Shown: positions 13,953 through 27,350 of the stretch, piece by piece
How the letters are laid out: each line of letters begins with the position of its first letter
How positions within the stretch are numbered: position 1 is the first letter of the stretch
Source of the DNA: Azolla caroliniana
Lineage: Eukaryota > Plantae > Polypodiophyta
DNA: 64,000 nucleotides
Direction: 5' to 3'
Assembly: GCA_043228905.1 (NCBI GenBank)
Contig: JBHGNT010000004.1
Location: forward strand, 20,088,001 to 20,152,000
Notes under the pieces: model-generated
Told to the model about the DNA's origin: nothing
Seen by the model: the letters and a program-made list of their open reading frames with translations, nothing else
The model's database searches: none
Position numbers and translations under genes: made by a program

Positions 13953-14758
13953 TTGGTGATCTATGTCTTCTCACAAACGAACAACGACGAATGGATGTTT
14001 AGCCGCAGACGCCCCAGAACCAACACGACAATACCGGCCAATAACAAGGTCCGTCACACGCCAGGCAAAAGAACGCGCCCGACAAAAGCCGCGCCTCAGC
14101 AACCTCAGTACTACTTGCCGTGAGTACAAAGGTGATTCTTCGCTCTCCAAATACCTCGACAAGACGCGGAGACTACGCTTACCACAACCACCCGGTGGTC
14201 TTTCCCGACCCGTCGTAGCCCCCACCATGGCCTTTGCCTACCCCCGCTTTAACGGCGAAACCGACGCCGCAATGCATATTCGCATGTTCCTGAATGTCTG
14301 GAATGCGAACCACATGGCGCAGAGCCTTTCAGAGGCAGTAGCACACCAGTCGAAAATGACGGAGTTCTGGTTAACATTAGATGGGCGAGCGGCGTTTTGG
14401 CATTCACAGATGGATTTACCAGCAATAACAACCTTCGATCAGCTGCAGTCCGCGTTCGTGCGATTCTTCCATCAGAGGGTTCTACAACGCGAAATCCTCG
14501 GACAGTTTTATACAATTAAGCAACTGACTTCAGCTTACGTTTCCAAAATTTACGACGGAAACTGGAATGGAGCCCCGCGGAAGACGAGGCTCGGGAAACA
14601 TTTCTGGCAGCTTTACACCGGCCCATCCGGGCAACGCTCAACAACAATAGCGTGAAAGGGGAAACGACGGATATGGTAATTGAACGAGCGTTACAACTCG
14701 AGTTGGATGACGAGCAGGAAAGGTTTTCTATGTCCTCCTTACGGCAAGCGTTACCTCA

Positions 14759-15478
14759 TGTTGGGAGACAGGTCCCTCCGGATGGGAAGGGAGAAGAACC
14801 GGAAGAGGAGTACCCGGCTACGGAGAGCCGGATGGTGCAGACCCGGTGTGAACCGGATGAAGAGTACCCGGCTACGGAGAGCCGGATGGTGCAGACCCGG
14901 TGTGAACCGAATGAAGAGTACCCGGCTACGGAGAGCCGGATGGTGCAGACCCGATATGAACCGAATGAAGAGTACCCGGCTACAGAGAGCCAGATGGTAC
15001 AGACCCGGTATGAACCGGATGAAGAGACATATTAGTAAATATGTTTCTTATAGTCCATTGCGGCTACATTTGTAAATAGCCGAAAAGTCATATTAGTATA
15101 AATATGACTTAGGGCAAACTTTTTAGAAATAGTTGTTGTCATTCTTGTTGGTGCAAGAATAGAGAGTGTGCGTAACTGTACAGAGAGAGAGAGAGAGAGA
15201 AAGAGGTCGTTGCCTCTGTTGTAACCGCCGCCTGTGGCGAAGATCTGTGAGCACGAGGTCGGTGCCTCAGTGAACTCACTGTTGTACATACTTACATAGT
15301 GACAGTTTGCAGCTTGTGGGCTGCCGTGGTTTTTCCCCCTAGTTTGGGGTTTTCCACGCAAACATTTTGTGTACCTTGTCTCTTCTTTGTGTCGCGTTTT
15401 ATTTCCCGTTTTCTGTGTATCATTCTAAGCTCGGTTGTGGCCGAGCGTTGCACATAAGGAACGTTGTAGTTCCCATCA
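14759..15478 (+). mobile_element. Solo LTR (720 bp, copia-like) inserted in gag of element B
   Basis: TGTTGGGA...TCCCATCA termini; TSD CCTCA (14754-14758, 15479-15483); TATAAATA; GTGGTTTTTCCCC...GGGTTTTCCACG motif. Gag rejoins as ALP|QDEERQFRQA. Confidence 0.9.
14795..15025 (+). repeat. 54-bp tandem repeat, about 4.3 copies, in the U3 of the solo LTR
   Basis: Unit GAACCGGATGAAGAGTACCCGGCTACGGAGAGCCGGATGGTGCAGACCCGGTGT. Confidence 0.92.
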
Positions 15479-18400
15479 CCTCAGGATGAGGAACGCCAGT
15501 TTCGTCAAGCAATCTAGTGCACGATTTGCTTGAACTCGGGGCATTCCGCAGTGGACTGCAATATGCGAATCCACTGCCCAATCTGCCACTCGAAGGCTCA
15601 CATAGTCGACCAATGCGAGTACAATATGTTAAACTGAGCCACTCCCGCAGTTTGCAGCATGGACACACAATGTCAACCACACTGGACTGAACAAAGGAGG
15701 CAAGAAGACCGACCCCGGTATAAGGATCGCAACCCACAGGAGGACCGCACCGGAATCGCCGAAATCACAACGATTCCGAGGAGGACGAACCAGAGGACAA
15801 AGATTATCGTGGACATCCGAGTTACGCCAAAGGGGGTCGGCGCTACGAGAATCAACGGCCGACAAACAAACGGGGCGACTTCAATGGTTATCGTGGTAAG
15901 CCACGGCAATATCGGGATCATCGGCGTTACGACGAAAGCTCGGGGGATGAGCAGCACCAGGAACAACGACGGGACCAACAGCAGCCACCGCGTACGTTCC
16001 GACAAACGAGGCCGGACCGTGAGGAGCAAGTAGCACCAGGGGAGCGGCACACACCACCAGGAGCCGAGAAGGGTGAATCAAGCATCCATTGTTTTATTTG
16101 TTAGCAACCTGGACATTATGCCACACAATGCCACGCACGCAAGGGAAAGGGGCCCGTTGTCAATACGATTACGGCGGAGGTGCAGCAAGTCACGACACGC
16201 CAGCAAACAAAAATGGTTGATTGGGTTGCACAAGACGAGGTACGCCGACAAGCCCAAGCGTGGGTGGAAAAAGCAAACGCGACAAATACGGAACGTATGT
16301 GGAAGGAGTCCGCGAACACAATGGAGCGAGCAGAGGACGAAAGACCGGTCCTAGACCCCATTTGGCAGGCGTCAGCGGGCTGTCAGATAATGTTAACCAT
16401 GGAGAAACTGTTACAGCTAGTCCCATGCTTCCGCCAGACCATGGAAGAACGGGCGACAGGCATACCCGAGGTGAGTATCACTACAAACCTTATAGACGTT
16501 AGCAGTGGACCGCCGGTAGTGGATCAACACAACCCGGCTATTACATTAATATCACACGGACAGGAAATTCCTGGATGTGTAATCCACGGCGGCTCAGGCG
16601 TCAATGTAATTAGCGCGAAAACTTGCGAGCAGTTAGGCATTTCAGAATGGGAGGCTTGCCCATTCTGGCTCCGAATGGCAGATACCCGCTCAGTACGACA
16701 ATTAGGGTTAATTCGCAAAATCGGCATTATCGTGGGCGGACACCGATTCGACATCTCGGCGGTCGTCCTCGCCTTGGACGCCCCAGGGGCGTACCCAGTG
16801 CTTCTGGGCAGACCATGGCTTCGGGCAGCAAATATCAAGCAGAGCTGGCAACACAAGTGTATTAGTTTCCGACACGGATGCACCAAGGTTCGCGTACCTA
16901 CGGAAGGAAGCACGCCACAAGCGAAGGGTATAACACCATTATACGCATAAGATATAAATATGTTGGCTGGGGTGGAGGATGCAAAATTAGAGGCCTACCT
17001 CGACGAGCACCCTCGGATTATTCCGTTGTTTGAAATAGACGTCATCGCAACCGCGACAGAATATGCCATGGCCACTGTTCTCCACGACGAGCCTTACGAA
17101 CCAAACCCAGAGTCCATATTGGAACTCAGCAGAGCACGGGTGGCAATCGAAAGGGAAATGGAGATTTCACGACGAGTCACCGCTTCCGCCCTCGAAGAAG
17201 TAAATATGGGTACGGAATCGGAGCCTTGTTTCCTCTCCATCGCAAAGGAATTAAGGCCGGACCAACGAAAAACGATGATCGCACTACTCACGAAATATAA
17301 GGATGTGTTCGCTTGGGCTCACGAGAACATGAAGGGGTTAGATCCCAAGTTTTATCAGCATAAGATCAATTTAGCAACCGACGCGAAACCCGTCCAGCAG
17401 TGCCGCTACCACATGAAAGAAGAAATTGACAAGCTCTTGAAGGCGGGGTTCATACGACCAGTTAAACAAACGACATGGTTAAGCCCAATAGTGGTCGTTC
17501 CAAAGAAAAACGGCAAAATACGGGTATGTGTAGATTGCCGAAAATTAAACGTCGTCACCATTACGGACGCATTTCCCTTACCCTTCACCGATAGTGTACT
17601 GGACGCCGTCGCAGGCCATGAGATGTACAGTTTTTTAGATGGCTTCAGTGGCTATAATCAGGTACGCATGCATCCCGAGGACCAAGAAAAGACGGCATTT
17701 GTCACAAACTGGGGAGTATATGTGGTAGTCGTCATGATGTTCGGGCTAAAGACAACGCCGACAACATTTTCAACGGACAATTACAGAGATCTTTGGGGAA
17801 TACATTCCGGCGTTCATGCAAGTTTTTTTAGACGACTTTGCGGTATATGGGAGAACAATAGACCATTTTTCGCACTTACAATTGTGCCTAGAACGTTGCC
17901 GCACCGCACGCTTAAGCCTGAATCCCACGAAATGTGCTTTCGGCGTGACCAGCGGGACTCTCTTGGGCCATATAGTCAGCAAGGAGGGAATAGCGGTTAA
18001 CCCGAACAAAATCTCCGCGATTACACAAGCCAACACTCCGACAAACGCCAAATCACTCAGCCGGTTTTTGGGACAAATACCGTGGCATAGTCGGATGATA
18101 CGGTATTTGGCGGACTTCGCCACGCCGTTACACGTTGTCGTACATCGGACTCCTTTCCAATGGACTGCAACGGAGGATAAGGCCTAGGAGGCACTTAAGA
18201 TAATGCTCACTCAAGCTCCCGTCGTACAACCACCAGTTTGGGCGAAGCCATTCCATGTGTTCGTCGACCCCTCGGACATAGCAATAGGAAGTGCACTAAT
18301 GCAACTCACCGAACCAAGCTGGTACCGGCCAATATACTACGCTACTCGCAAATTATCAACAGCAGAGCGTAACTACTCCACAACGGAGCGGGAGGCGCTA

Positions 18401-21400
18401 GGGATGATCTATAGCATCAATAAATTCCAGCACTATTTATTAGGAAGGAAATTCACATTCCATGTGGATCATTCGGCATTGCTGTATTTGGTGGAGAAGC
18501 AAGCCCTGACAGGGAAATTGGCATGGTGAATGTTGTTGCTCCAGGAATTCGATTTCGTAATCCAACACCGACCAGGGAAGCAACACGCAGCGGCGGATTT
18601 TTTTAGCAGACTCGAGAATGGAGAAACAATACAGAAAGATGACGACGATTTTCCGGACGCCGATATCTTGCGGGTAGCGACACTAACAGAAAGAACGGAA
18701 TCGACCTTTTCGGACCAGTGGCTTATGGAAATGATGTACTTTTTGACTACGGGACTGCCTCCACCACAATTACGCACGGACGAGACGAAACGACTAGCCG
18801 TCTGAAGCCGTCACTTCTGTCTCGTCGAAGGCGTTTTATATCACAAAGGAAGTGACGGCATTTGGTGACGTGGGGTACAACAGGATGAGAAGAAAGCAGT
18901 TTTACGAGAGGCACACTGCGGCACGGCAGGCGGCCATTACGCGGGCGATGTTACAGCCCGGAAAGTATGGCAGGTGGGCCTATGGTGGCCAACAACGCAG
19001 AAGGACGCATCCGCGTATTGTAGAAAGTGTGATTTGTGTCAACGGATGGGACAGCCCGCGGAGGGCGCAAGGATGCCACACCAGCCCGTATTACTGCTAG
19101 ACCCCTTCCAAAAGTAGGGATTGGATTTTGTGGGGCCCTTCACACCGGCGGCAACCCGTACGAGCAATAAATACATATTGGTAGCCACGGATTATTGCAC
19201 AAAATGGGTAGAAGCAAAGGCACTACGTGAAAATACGGCGGCCATCACAGCCAAATTCCTTTACGAGCACATCTGGTGCCGGTTCGGCTATTTGATTGAG
19301 CTTATCAGTGACCAAGGGAGCCACTTTCTCAATACGGTTGTTTGATAATTAACACATCATTACGCCGTAGTCCATAAGAAGAGTACGCCATATTATCCGC
19401 AGGCGAATGGATTAGCAGAATCCACCAACAAGACGTTGCAGACCATTTTGAAGAAAATCGTCAATGAAAATAGAACGGACTAGGATACCAAACTACAGAG
19501 TGCATTATGGGCGTACAAAACCAACTATAAAACAAGCATACAGTCAACACCGTTTCGACTAGCATTTGGGCTGGAGGCCGTGATGCTGGTCAAATTTCAG
19601 GTACCTAGTTTGCGAATTCAGGTACGGAACCGACTATCAGAAGCCAAGTCGGAGGAGGTACAACTCCACCAACTCCTCGAACTAGGGGAAAAACGCGTCC
19701 ACAACATGGCTATGTTGGAACAGGAACTACGACGGCGTAAAGCGTTTGTGGATCGACATTGGAACGCAAGGGAAAAGGAGTTCGCCGTTGGTCGATCAGT
19801 GCTGGTTTTCCAAACTCGCATGGGCCATATGCCGGGGAAGTTACGATTCCGCTGGACCGGCCCATACTGGATAATTAGAGCGGAACAAGGCACGTTCCAA
19901 CTAGGTACGCTGGCCGGGGAAGTAGTCCGGCAAAAGGTGAATGGGTTTCGGCTCAAACCTTACATGGGCCCTACGCCACCGAACCCATTTACCGCCGAAT
20001 AGGACAAAGCCGGAGAACTCGCACCGTAAATGAGCGGCGACCCCACTTGTACCATAATGTAAAAATAGGTTGTAGATAACCGTTATGAAAAAAAAAAAGG
20101 AGAAGATAGCGACTATTAAAACGACTAAAGACATGCACAAACTCCTCGTTCAAGAACACGCGGCACCACGATGGTTCATCGCCCAATGAACCCTAAGCCA
20201 CAAAAAGAAGGAAACAGAAGATTTTCTGCACAAAACAGAAACTCATCTTCTAGCTATCAGCGCTTCCATCGCTCCTCCCCCTCACCTTCTCCTCCATCTT
20301 ATCACACAGCTACAGCCCACCGCAACCACCAGTCTCCTTCCCACGAACCTCCTCTGGCGATGACGATCTTCATCTCCATTGCCTTACGCCGATGGCTCAT
20401 GGAGAAACGCTTGGATGGATACATCCGGGTCGCAGAAGCACCCCCACACCCGAATGCCATGGACATCGCCAGGAAGCTTAACATCGACACGGTCACCAAC
20501 TCCTCCATCCGGAAGAAGTTGGACCTGTCATCGCTAGGCGAAAGGCATTTCGACATCCCTCCTACAGAGGCGTTGCAGCAATATTTCGGGCCATATTCCT
20601 CCTCCGCCAAGGCCTATAGAACCAAGCAAATTCCGGATCCCTTCTTCCGTGAAGTTGCCAAGTTCCTGCTAGAAGTCGGTTGCGTACATGTCAACGCATA
20701 TGGGATGCCTAAGCAGAAGGCATGCATCATTATCGATACCTTTGAGGGGCGCGCGGTCGATTGGGGGGTCATCATAGGGCCGGCGTTAAGGGAAGGCTTG
20801 CATGCGTACCAGGCCGGCAAAAAGCTCAAGCCGATCATACAACAGTACCTTACGGTACTATTTCCACCCCGAGGCCTGCCGGCACCACAGCCCAGCCAGC
20901 CCACGCCCCCGCCCCGATCTGCGAAGCGCAGATTAGCAGAGTTATCGGCCCCAGAGTGGGAAGAGGAACCCCAAACCGCCCAGCCCGACCCAAGGACAAC
21001 ACCACCTACTGACCAGCCGGACACACGGACAACGCAAGAGGAATAGCCGGCACGTTCCATGGAGGCAGCCCTAGAGCCAGACACCGAAACACGGCAGGAT
21101 AGCCCTAGACCGAAACGGCTTAGATTGGACAGGAAAGATGGGCGGGGGTTGTTCAAAAACGTTTCCACGGCGACAGAAACACCAACCGAAGGCGATGGCT
21201 CCGCAGCTACGGAACCCAATACCACCTTCGAAATCATTCGGGAGCCACGACCAATCATTACGACCCAGTCCCAACGAGGGAAAGCCGTATTGACGGCGGA
21301 AAACAAGGTTTTGGCATATCCGGATATCCCGGATACGTCCCACGAGTTCAGCACCCTCTTATAGTTCGGCACTTCTTTTGAGCTCATGGAGTTCCTGGCA

Positions 21401-24049
21401 ACACAACATGTAAAAACCGCCCAATGAATGGCCGAAGAGCATGCGGAACGCCAGATGATTGAGCGTGCCCTAACACAAACCACAGAGAGCGACGATGAGG
21501 ACCAGTTAGCCAGGGTCGGCAGACAGAGGAACGTCGGGGTACGCCAAGTGGGGATGGAGATACCCCCATTAAACACGGCCCTAGTCGAAGTCCATCAGGA
21601 ACTGGCAAAGGTCAGCACGGGCGCCAAGGAGATGGCCATAAAAAATAAGAATGTGTGGAAGAAGGTGAAACTGACCCAAGTGGAACTACAAAAATCCAAC
21701 GAACACATCGCGGAGTTGGAAGCCCACGCGGCTACGGCGCAACACGCAACTCCGCTACCAAACCAGGCCATCGACGCTTTAAAGGAAGAAATTGAGGCTC
21801 AGACCACCATTGCCTCAAAAGCAAAAAGGGTCGTGCAACTAGCGGAATCAGAAATTGACCGCCTTCGAGCGGAACTACGCCAATCCTCAGACAGAGAAAA
21901 GGAGATACAGGCTAACGGCCGGAAGGCAGTAAAAACCCTTGAAGAGAAACTCGCTACGGAGGTAGCTCAGCACATCCAAACAAAAGACGACAACGCCCAA
22001 TTACGGGAGGACGCGAAGAAATCGGAGGCGGCTATCGCGGGACTGCTGACCTTATTAGAAAAAAAGAAGGTATGGTTCGACGAGCAGTTGGTGGTCGAAC
22101 AAGACAAGAGGCATCAACTCGAAATCTGCCTAAACAATGAAATGGGGAAATTAGAACAACAACATGCAAAGGAATCCCAACTATGGGTGGGCCTGAAGGC
22201 CACGTACGAGGAAGCGGCGGCGGTTAAACAGCAAGAAATCGCAAATCTCCAGAAGTCGATGGAAGACGCACGCAACCGTTGCCAGGCCATCACAGATAAC
22301 GTGCGTATCCTTCTCCAAACAAATCGGGAGAGGTTCACAACGCAATTGAAAACGGCGTTGGACAAAGGATGGATGGCGTGGGCAATCCAAGCAACGGAAT
22401 TGCACGCGTATCATGCGGACTGGGAGAACCGGCGAAAAGACGGTCGAGGGTTCTATAAACTAAATGAGGAGAGCATTGCGGCCATACGAGAGGACCTAGC
22501 GCAAGACTATCGTGCGCTAGCAGACCAACACTCCGAAGAACTCGCACAGCTCTTAGATGATTTTGGTGAAAGCTAGGAGGAGCTATTTCACCAGATCACA
22601 CAAGTCAGCAACATGCGCACAAACGAGGAATCCAGTGCAACGCCAATTCCGGGCACGACCGAAGAAGAGGAACCTCAAGCCCGATCACCAGAAATGACAA
22701 CAATGGAGAACAATAGGGACCGACGAGCAGAGTTCCCCACAGGACCAGACAACGAAACCACTGCACAAAAAGAGGTTCATCCGAACGAGCCCACGCTAGC
22801 ATCAGACCACACGGAGAACGGTGCGGGCCAGGTGGAATCTCCGCCCCACTCCCCGGAACGTACAAAAACGACCGACACCACGGAGGACGTAACAATTAGC
22901 AATGGGCACGGTTTCGGCTCAAACCGAACCGAACCGTTAAACCGTGGCTTAACGGTTTATCGGTTCAAAATTAAATAATGAGTTTGGTTTGGTTTAAAGA
23001 ATGAAAGTTCGGTTTGGTTTCGGTTCGGTTCGGTTTAACATTTATCGGTTTATCGGTTTATCGGTTTATCGGTTTTATCGGTTTAACGGTTTCTATTAAT
23101 TTGGTTCGGTTTATAGGTTTATAGGTTCTTACCCTAGCCCTAAATTTTCAATTTTATAAATTATACCCTTCCTAAATTTTCTATTTTATAAATTATACCC
23201 TTCTTATTTTTACTATGGACCTAATACTAGTTAGTAGTAGTAAGTACATACTACATACTACAAACTATAGGGTATGATACAGACAGACTACAGTCTACAG
23301 ACACAACTATCGAACAGACACACTGTGTATCTACTGTTAACTACAGACAGACACAATTATCGAACAGAAACACAGGCGGCATTGTGCAGGCTGAGGCGGC
23401 AACCACCAATCACCACTTCATTGCTCTTCAGACTCCAAACTCTCCATAACACAGGTATGAATCATGATCCATAACACAGGCTGAGACACTCCAAACTTTT
23501 TTTATAGATGTGTGGTTTGCATATATGAGAATATGGGTATGTGAGTTAACGTGTGTGCATACATGTGAGAGAAGAGAGATTTGTATGTAAGCAAATATGA
23601 GATCAATACGAGTATGTGAGTTTATGCTCGATTGAATAATCAGTAATATATGTATATGTATGTGTTTGTGAGCGAGTATCTTGAACTGGTATAATGTTTA
23701 AATCTATACTGGACTCCTGCAACTATGTTCTCTTTCGAATACTTGTTGCTTATCTCGAATAGCTTCAACTATGTTCTCTTTCGATATTTCTGTGATCTGT
23801 TTTGACATGATCTTAATGTACACCAATGCTCGTTAGATTTTCATTGAAAGGAATAATATTTCTTGGAGTTCTCAGTCCACGCTATCTGACTGAAGGAGTA
23901 TCAATTGTATATGCTGAAATTAGAACACCTGCAAATACACCTGCAAGAACATAACTAACTTAGAAAGACTGTATCATTATATTATAAAGTACTGAAAGTC
24001 TTCACCATTCATATCAAACATTGATGTTCATTGCTCATTTTCTGAGCCA

Positions 24050-24600
24050 TTAAGATTGCATGTTTATTGTTTATTTTCTGGGTGGAGTAAACATAGATGA
24101 TCATTATTTATCTTCAGAGTAGAGTAAATATGGTTATCCACTGTTTATCTGGTTATTGATGTTAACATAAATGCACATTCTATATTTTGTGAGTAGAAAA
24201 ACATGGATATCGAGTATTTATGTGGTGAATGGAGCATTTTAAACATGGACGTCCATTGTTTATTTTGTGAGCAGAGTAAACAATAACATCTATTATTTAC
24301 CTTATGAGCATTGGGGGCATGAGTGTCAGTTGTTTATCCTGTCAGAAAATATGGATGTCCATGGATTATCCTGTTAATGAGAGTAAACATGGGTATCCAT
24401 TGTTTATTTAATGATTGGAGTAAAGTAAACATGGATGTCCAATTTATCTGGTGATTAAGGTAAACATGGGTGCGCGGTCATGGGTTAACTTGACAACTTG
24501 GATTTGCATCGTTTATCTTGTGAGTAGAGTAAACGGTGGTGTCCATTGTTTATCTGGTTAGTGAAGTTAACACGAATGTTTTATTGAGTGATTAGAGTAA
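24050..24600. repeat. Degenerate tandem repeats of about 40 bp in the predicted 5' UTR intron of the hAT transposase
   Basis: Recurring AGTAAACATGGATGTCCATTGTTTAT-like unit, more than 10 diverged copies. Confidence 0.7.
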
Positions 24601-24760
24601 TGGGCATGTCTATCTTTCTATGTTTGCCATTGGACATAATGGTCGTTTTACTGTTCTTAGCTAACTTAGCAAACTTTCTACTTCATTTATTTTTCTCATT
24701 ATAATGTACATATTTGAAATGTGCTAATTGAGTTAATTGAATTTTATAGGACACCATAAA

Positions 24761-26973
24761 ATGGAATCATCATCTCAAACTGATGCTGCAATGAACTCAT
24801 CTTCATTTGATGTTAGTCGTGGGTCAACAAGTAGCTCAAGAAAAAGGCTACGCACATCATGGACAGATGCTCACATCATATTTTATATGGATAATGGCAC
24901 ACCTCGACGACGATGCCATCATTGCCATGTTTGTTGGTCTTCTACAACATCCACAGGCACTATAGCCAAACATTTAGCAGAAAAGCATCGTTTATCAAGC
25001 GACCCAGACCAAAATTCAGGTATATCACATCACATTCAATCTTCAATTGAGTCAGCTAGAGTATCTCATGTTTTAGAGAAGAAAATTGATGCTGCCATCG
25101 TGAAGTATATTGTGAAGGGAACATTGCCCCATGCACATGTGGAATCACCTGAATTTAAGGAATTCATGCAACAAATTGTACCTGGATATCAAGTAAAGTC
25201 AAGACGTACAATTAAGCGTTCTATCCTAGAAATGTATGTGGTGTTGCGTCGTCAGGTGATAGATTTGCTATCAAAATGCCAATCAAGATTTTCCATAACA
25301 TTTGATGGTTGGTCAAATAGTAGTTTGAAGGGCTTCTACTCAGTGACACTTCATTGGGTATGTCATGAGACAGCAAGGTCAAGGTCAATGTTATTGGATT
25401 TTGTGCATGTATTTCCAGGTGTTGGATCAGGGAAGCGTTGTGCACATGCCCTTTTTGCTCGACTTCGATCCTTTGATATTTCTAGTCGACTCTTAGCTAC
25501 AATTTTTGATGGAGCGAGTGATGCACAAGTAGCTGCAAAAGAGTTGAGCATGTTGTTACAAGATGAGCATGGTAAGGAAATTTTGGCTCCATCACATATG
25601 TTAAGATGTATGGTTCACACTTTTCAGTTGGGTATCAAGGCAGCATTAGAGGTTATCTCACCCTCAACAGAAAAGTTGAGAACAGTGCTCCATACTATTA
25701 GATCTAGCAAGGTTCGAAGGGAAGTGTTTAGGAAGTATGCTAGGATGGTTGAGCATCATGAAAGGGAACCCCCAAGGCTCGATGTTGTTACAAGATGGAA
25801 TTCTACCTTGGAAATGTTTAGGCAATCTATCAAAGATAAAGATGTATTGAACTTTACAATTTCAGATTTAACAATATCAAGTGATTTCAATGGTAATGTC
25901 TTGACCAGAGAAGATTGGAGTCACATACATGCCATGGCGGAATGGCTAGATACACCGGCCGAGGTTTCTACTTTTTTGGGAGGCTCAAAATATCCTACAT
26001 TATCACTAGCATCGCTAGCATATAATTGTTTACTAAATCATTGCAATCAATTTTTAGATTCTTCGCTTCCAGGATCATCTAGATTTACACAAGAGGTGCT
26101 TCAAAGAGCATCTGAGAACTGCTTGCAATATTTAATTAAGTATCAAGAATCGTTAAAGTCTATTCCATCTCGCATAGCAATGTTTCTTGATCCCAGGTAA
26201 TGCTTACCTTTATATCGTACAATTATCATCATGATTTCTGATTTTTTATTTGAGTTTAAAACCGTTTTATTTGTTTGATAGATTGCCTCTTCCAAATAAT
26301 CATACAGAAAGAGAGTTAGATATTAAGTTGGTTGAAAGCATGATTGAGTCCCACTATCACTCGTTCTCGAGTGATGTTGAACCACGTTCGGCTTCAACCA
26401 CAATACATGAAAATGATAAGAACTCTAAAATTTGGACGTTAATGGGTGTAAATAATAAAAGTCTTATTTCCGATTCACAGTCAGAAATTCAGCACTTTAT
26501 GAGACTTCCTTCGGCTAGCACGGATAAGGATCCTTTACAATGGTGGAATGAAAATAAATCGGCAATGCCTTCACTATATAGGATGGCATGTGATTACCTC
26601 AGTATACCAGCATCATCAGTACCTGCTGAAGAGGCTAACTCGGCAGCAAAAATGACCTTTGATAATAGGATAAAACTACATTCATGCACTTTCAAAGCTG
26701 AAATGTGCGTTCGATCATGGATGAATGTTTTAAAAGAATGTAATGTTCAAATGTTAGATAATTTTCACATCAGTTATGCGGAACTAACAATGAATTTGGA
26801 TGATCTTGTTGCTGAAGACGAGGTAATAGATTACATATCGCATGATAGTCAAAGGAAGATTAAGGTATGCATACTTGTTACTTGGTTGTTTTTTGTTTGA
26901 GTCTTTACTTAAAGTTTTATTAATAATTACTTACTTGTTTTTATGTATTTTATATGTACAGGAATCATGTTGA
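24761..26973 (+). CDS. hAT transposase, 3 coding exons (24761-26196, 26282-26864, 26962-26973), 676 aa
   Basis: BED finger RCHHC...HLAEKH; ITFDGWS, IFDGASD, RCMVH, TRWNS, FLDPR; dimerisation domain PLQWW...SIPASSVPAEEANS. GT-AG introns keep the frame open. Confidence 0.9.
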
Positions 26974-27194
26974 TTTTTGACATGTTAACGACAATAGTGG
27001 TTGCAATTGGAGATCTTCAAAGTCATTGTAATTTTTATTACATGTTGTTTACTATTTTGTTTTTAGTCGATTCTTTAAATTTGTTATTATGAATTACTTA
27101 ATTCTTTTGTATATTTTATGCTTTCAGAAATCCCTTATTCAAATATTGGAAACAAAAAGCTGGATTAAGTCCTATGGTCCATGGATTTGGAAAA

Positions 27195-27350
27195 TTGGAA
27201 CTCTATTATATGGATTGTTGTTCTTAATTGGAAAATTGGAACTCTACTGAATGGAAATTTGGAACTCTATTGTATGGAATTTCGGAACTCTATTGTATGG
27301 AATTTTGGAACTCTATTGTATGGAATTTTGGAACTCTATTGTATGGATTT
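27195..27350. repeat. Tandem repeat of about 23 bp, about 6 copies, in the hAT 3' region
   Basis: Unit TTGGAACTCTATTGTATGGAATT. Confidence 0.85.

Larger units (their letters stand above)
13963..20002 (+). pseudogene. Element B gag-pol, disrupted by stops, frameshifts and a solo LTR
   Basis: Gag YPRFNGETDA...; zinc knuckles at about 15515-15620; protease CVIHGGSGVNVIS; RT WLSPIVVVPKK, SFLDGFSGYNQ, FLDD; RNase H; integrase ending at TAG 20002. Confidence 0.9.

Noticed and set aside
13953-13975. Second PBS (TGGTGATC...) right after the tRNA copy
   Set aside because: Only the TGG start is suggestive; I cannot match the rest to a tRNA 3' end.
14795-15025. CRISPR-like array or repeat protein
   Set aside because: Head-to-tail repeats without unique spacers, inside a TSD-flanked solo LTR in a eukaryotic genome.
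20614-21576. 320-aa minus-strand ORF as an antisense gene
   Set aside because: Shadow of the GC-rich sense extra ORF, with no recognisable motif.
20171-22576. Envelope gene
   Set aside because: No signal peptide or transmembrane helix visible; mostly coiled coil and low complexity.
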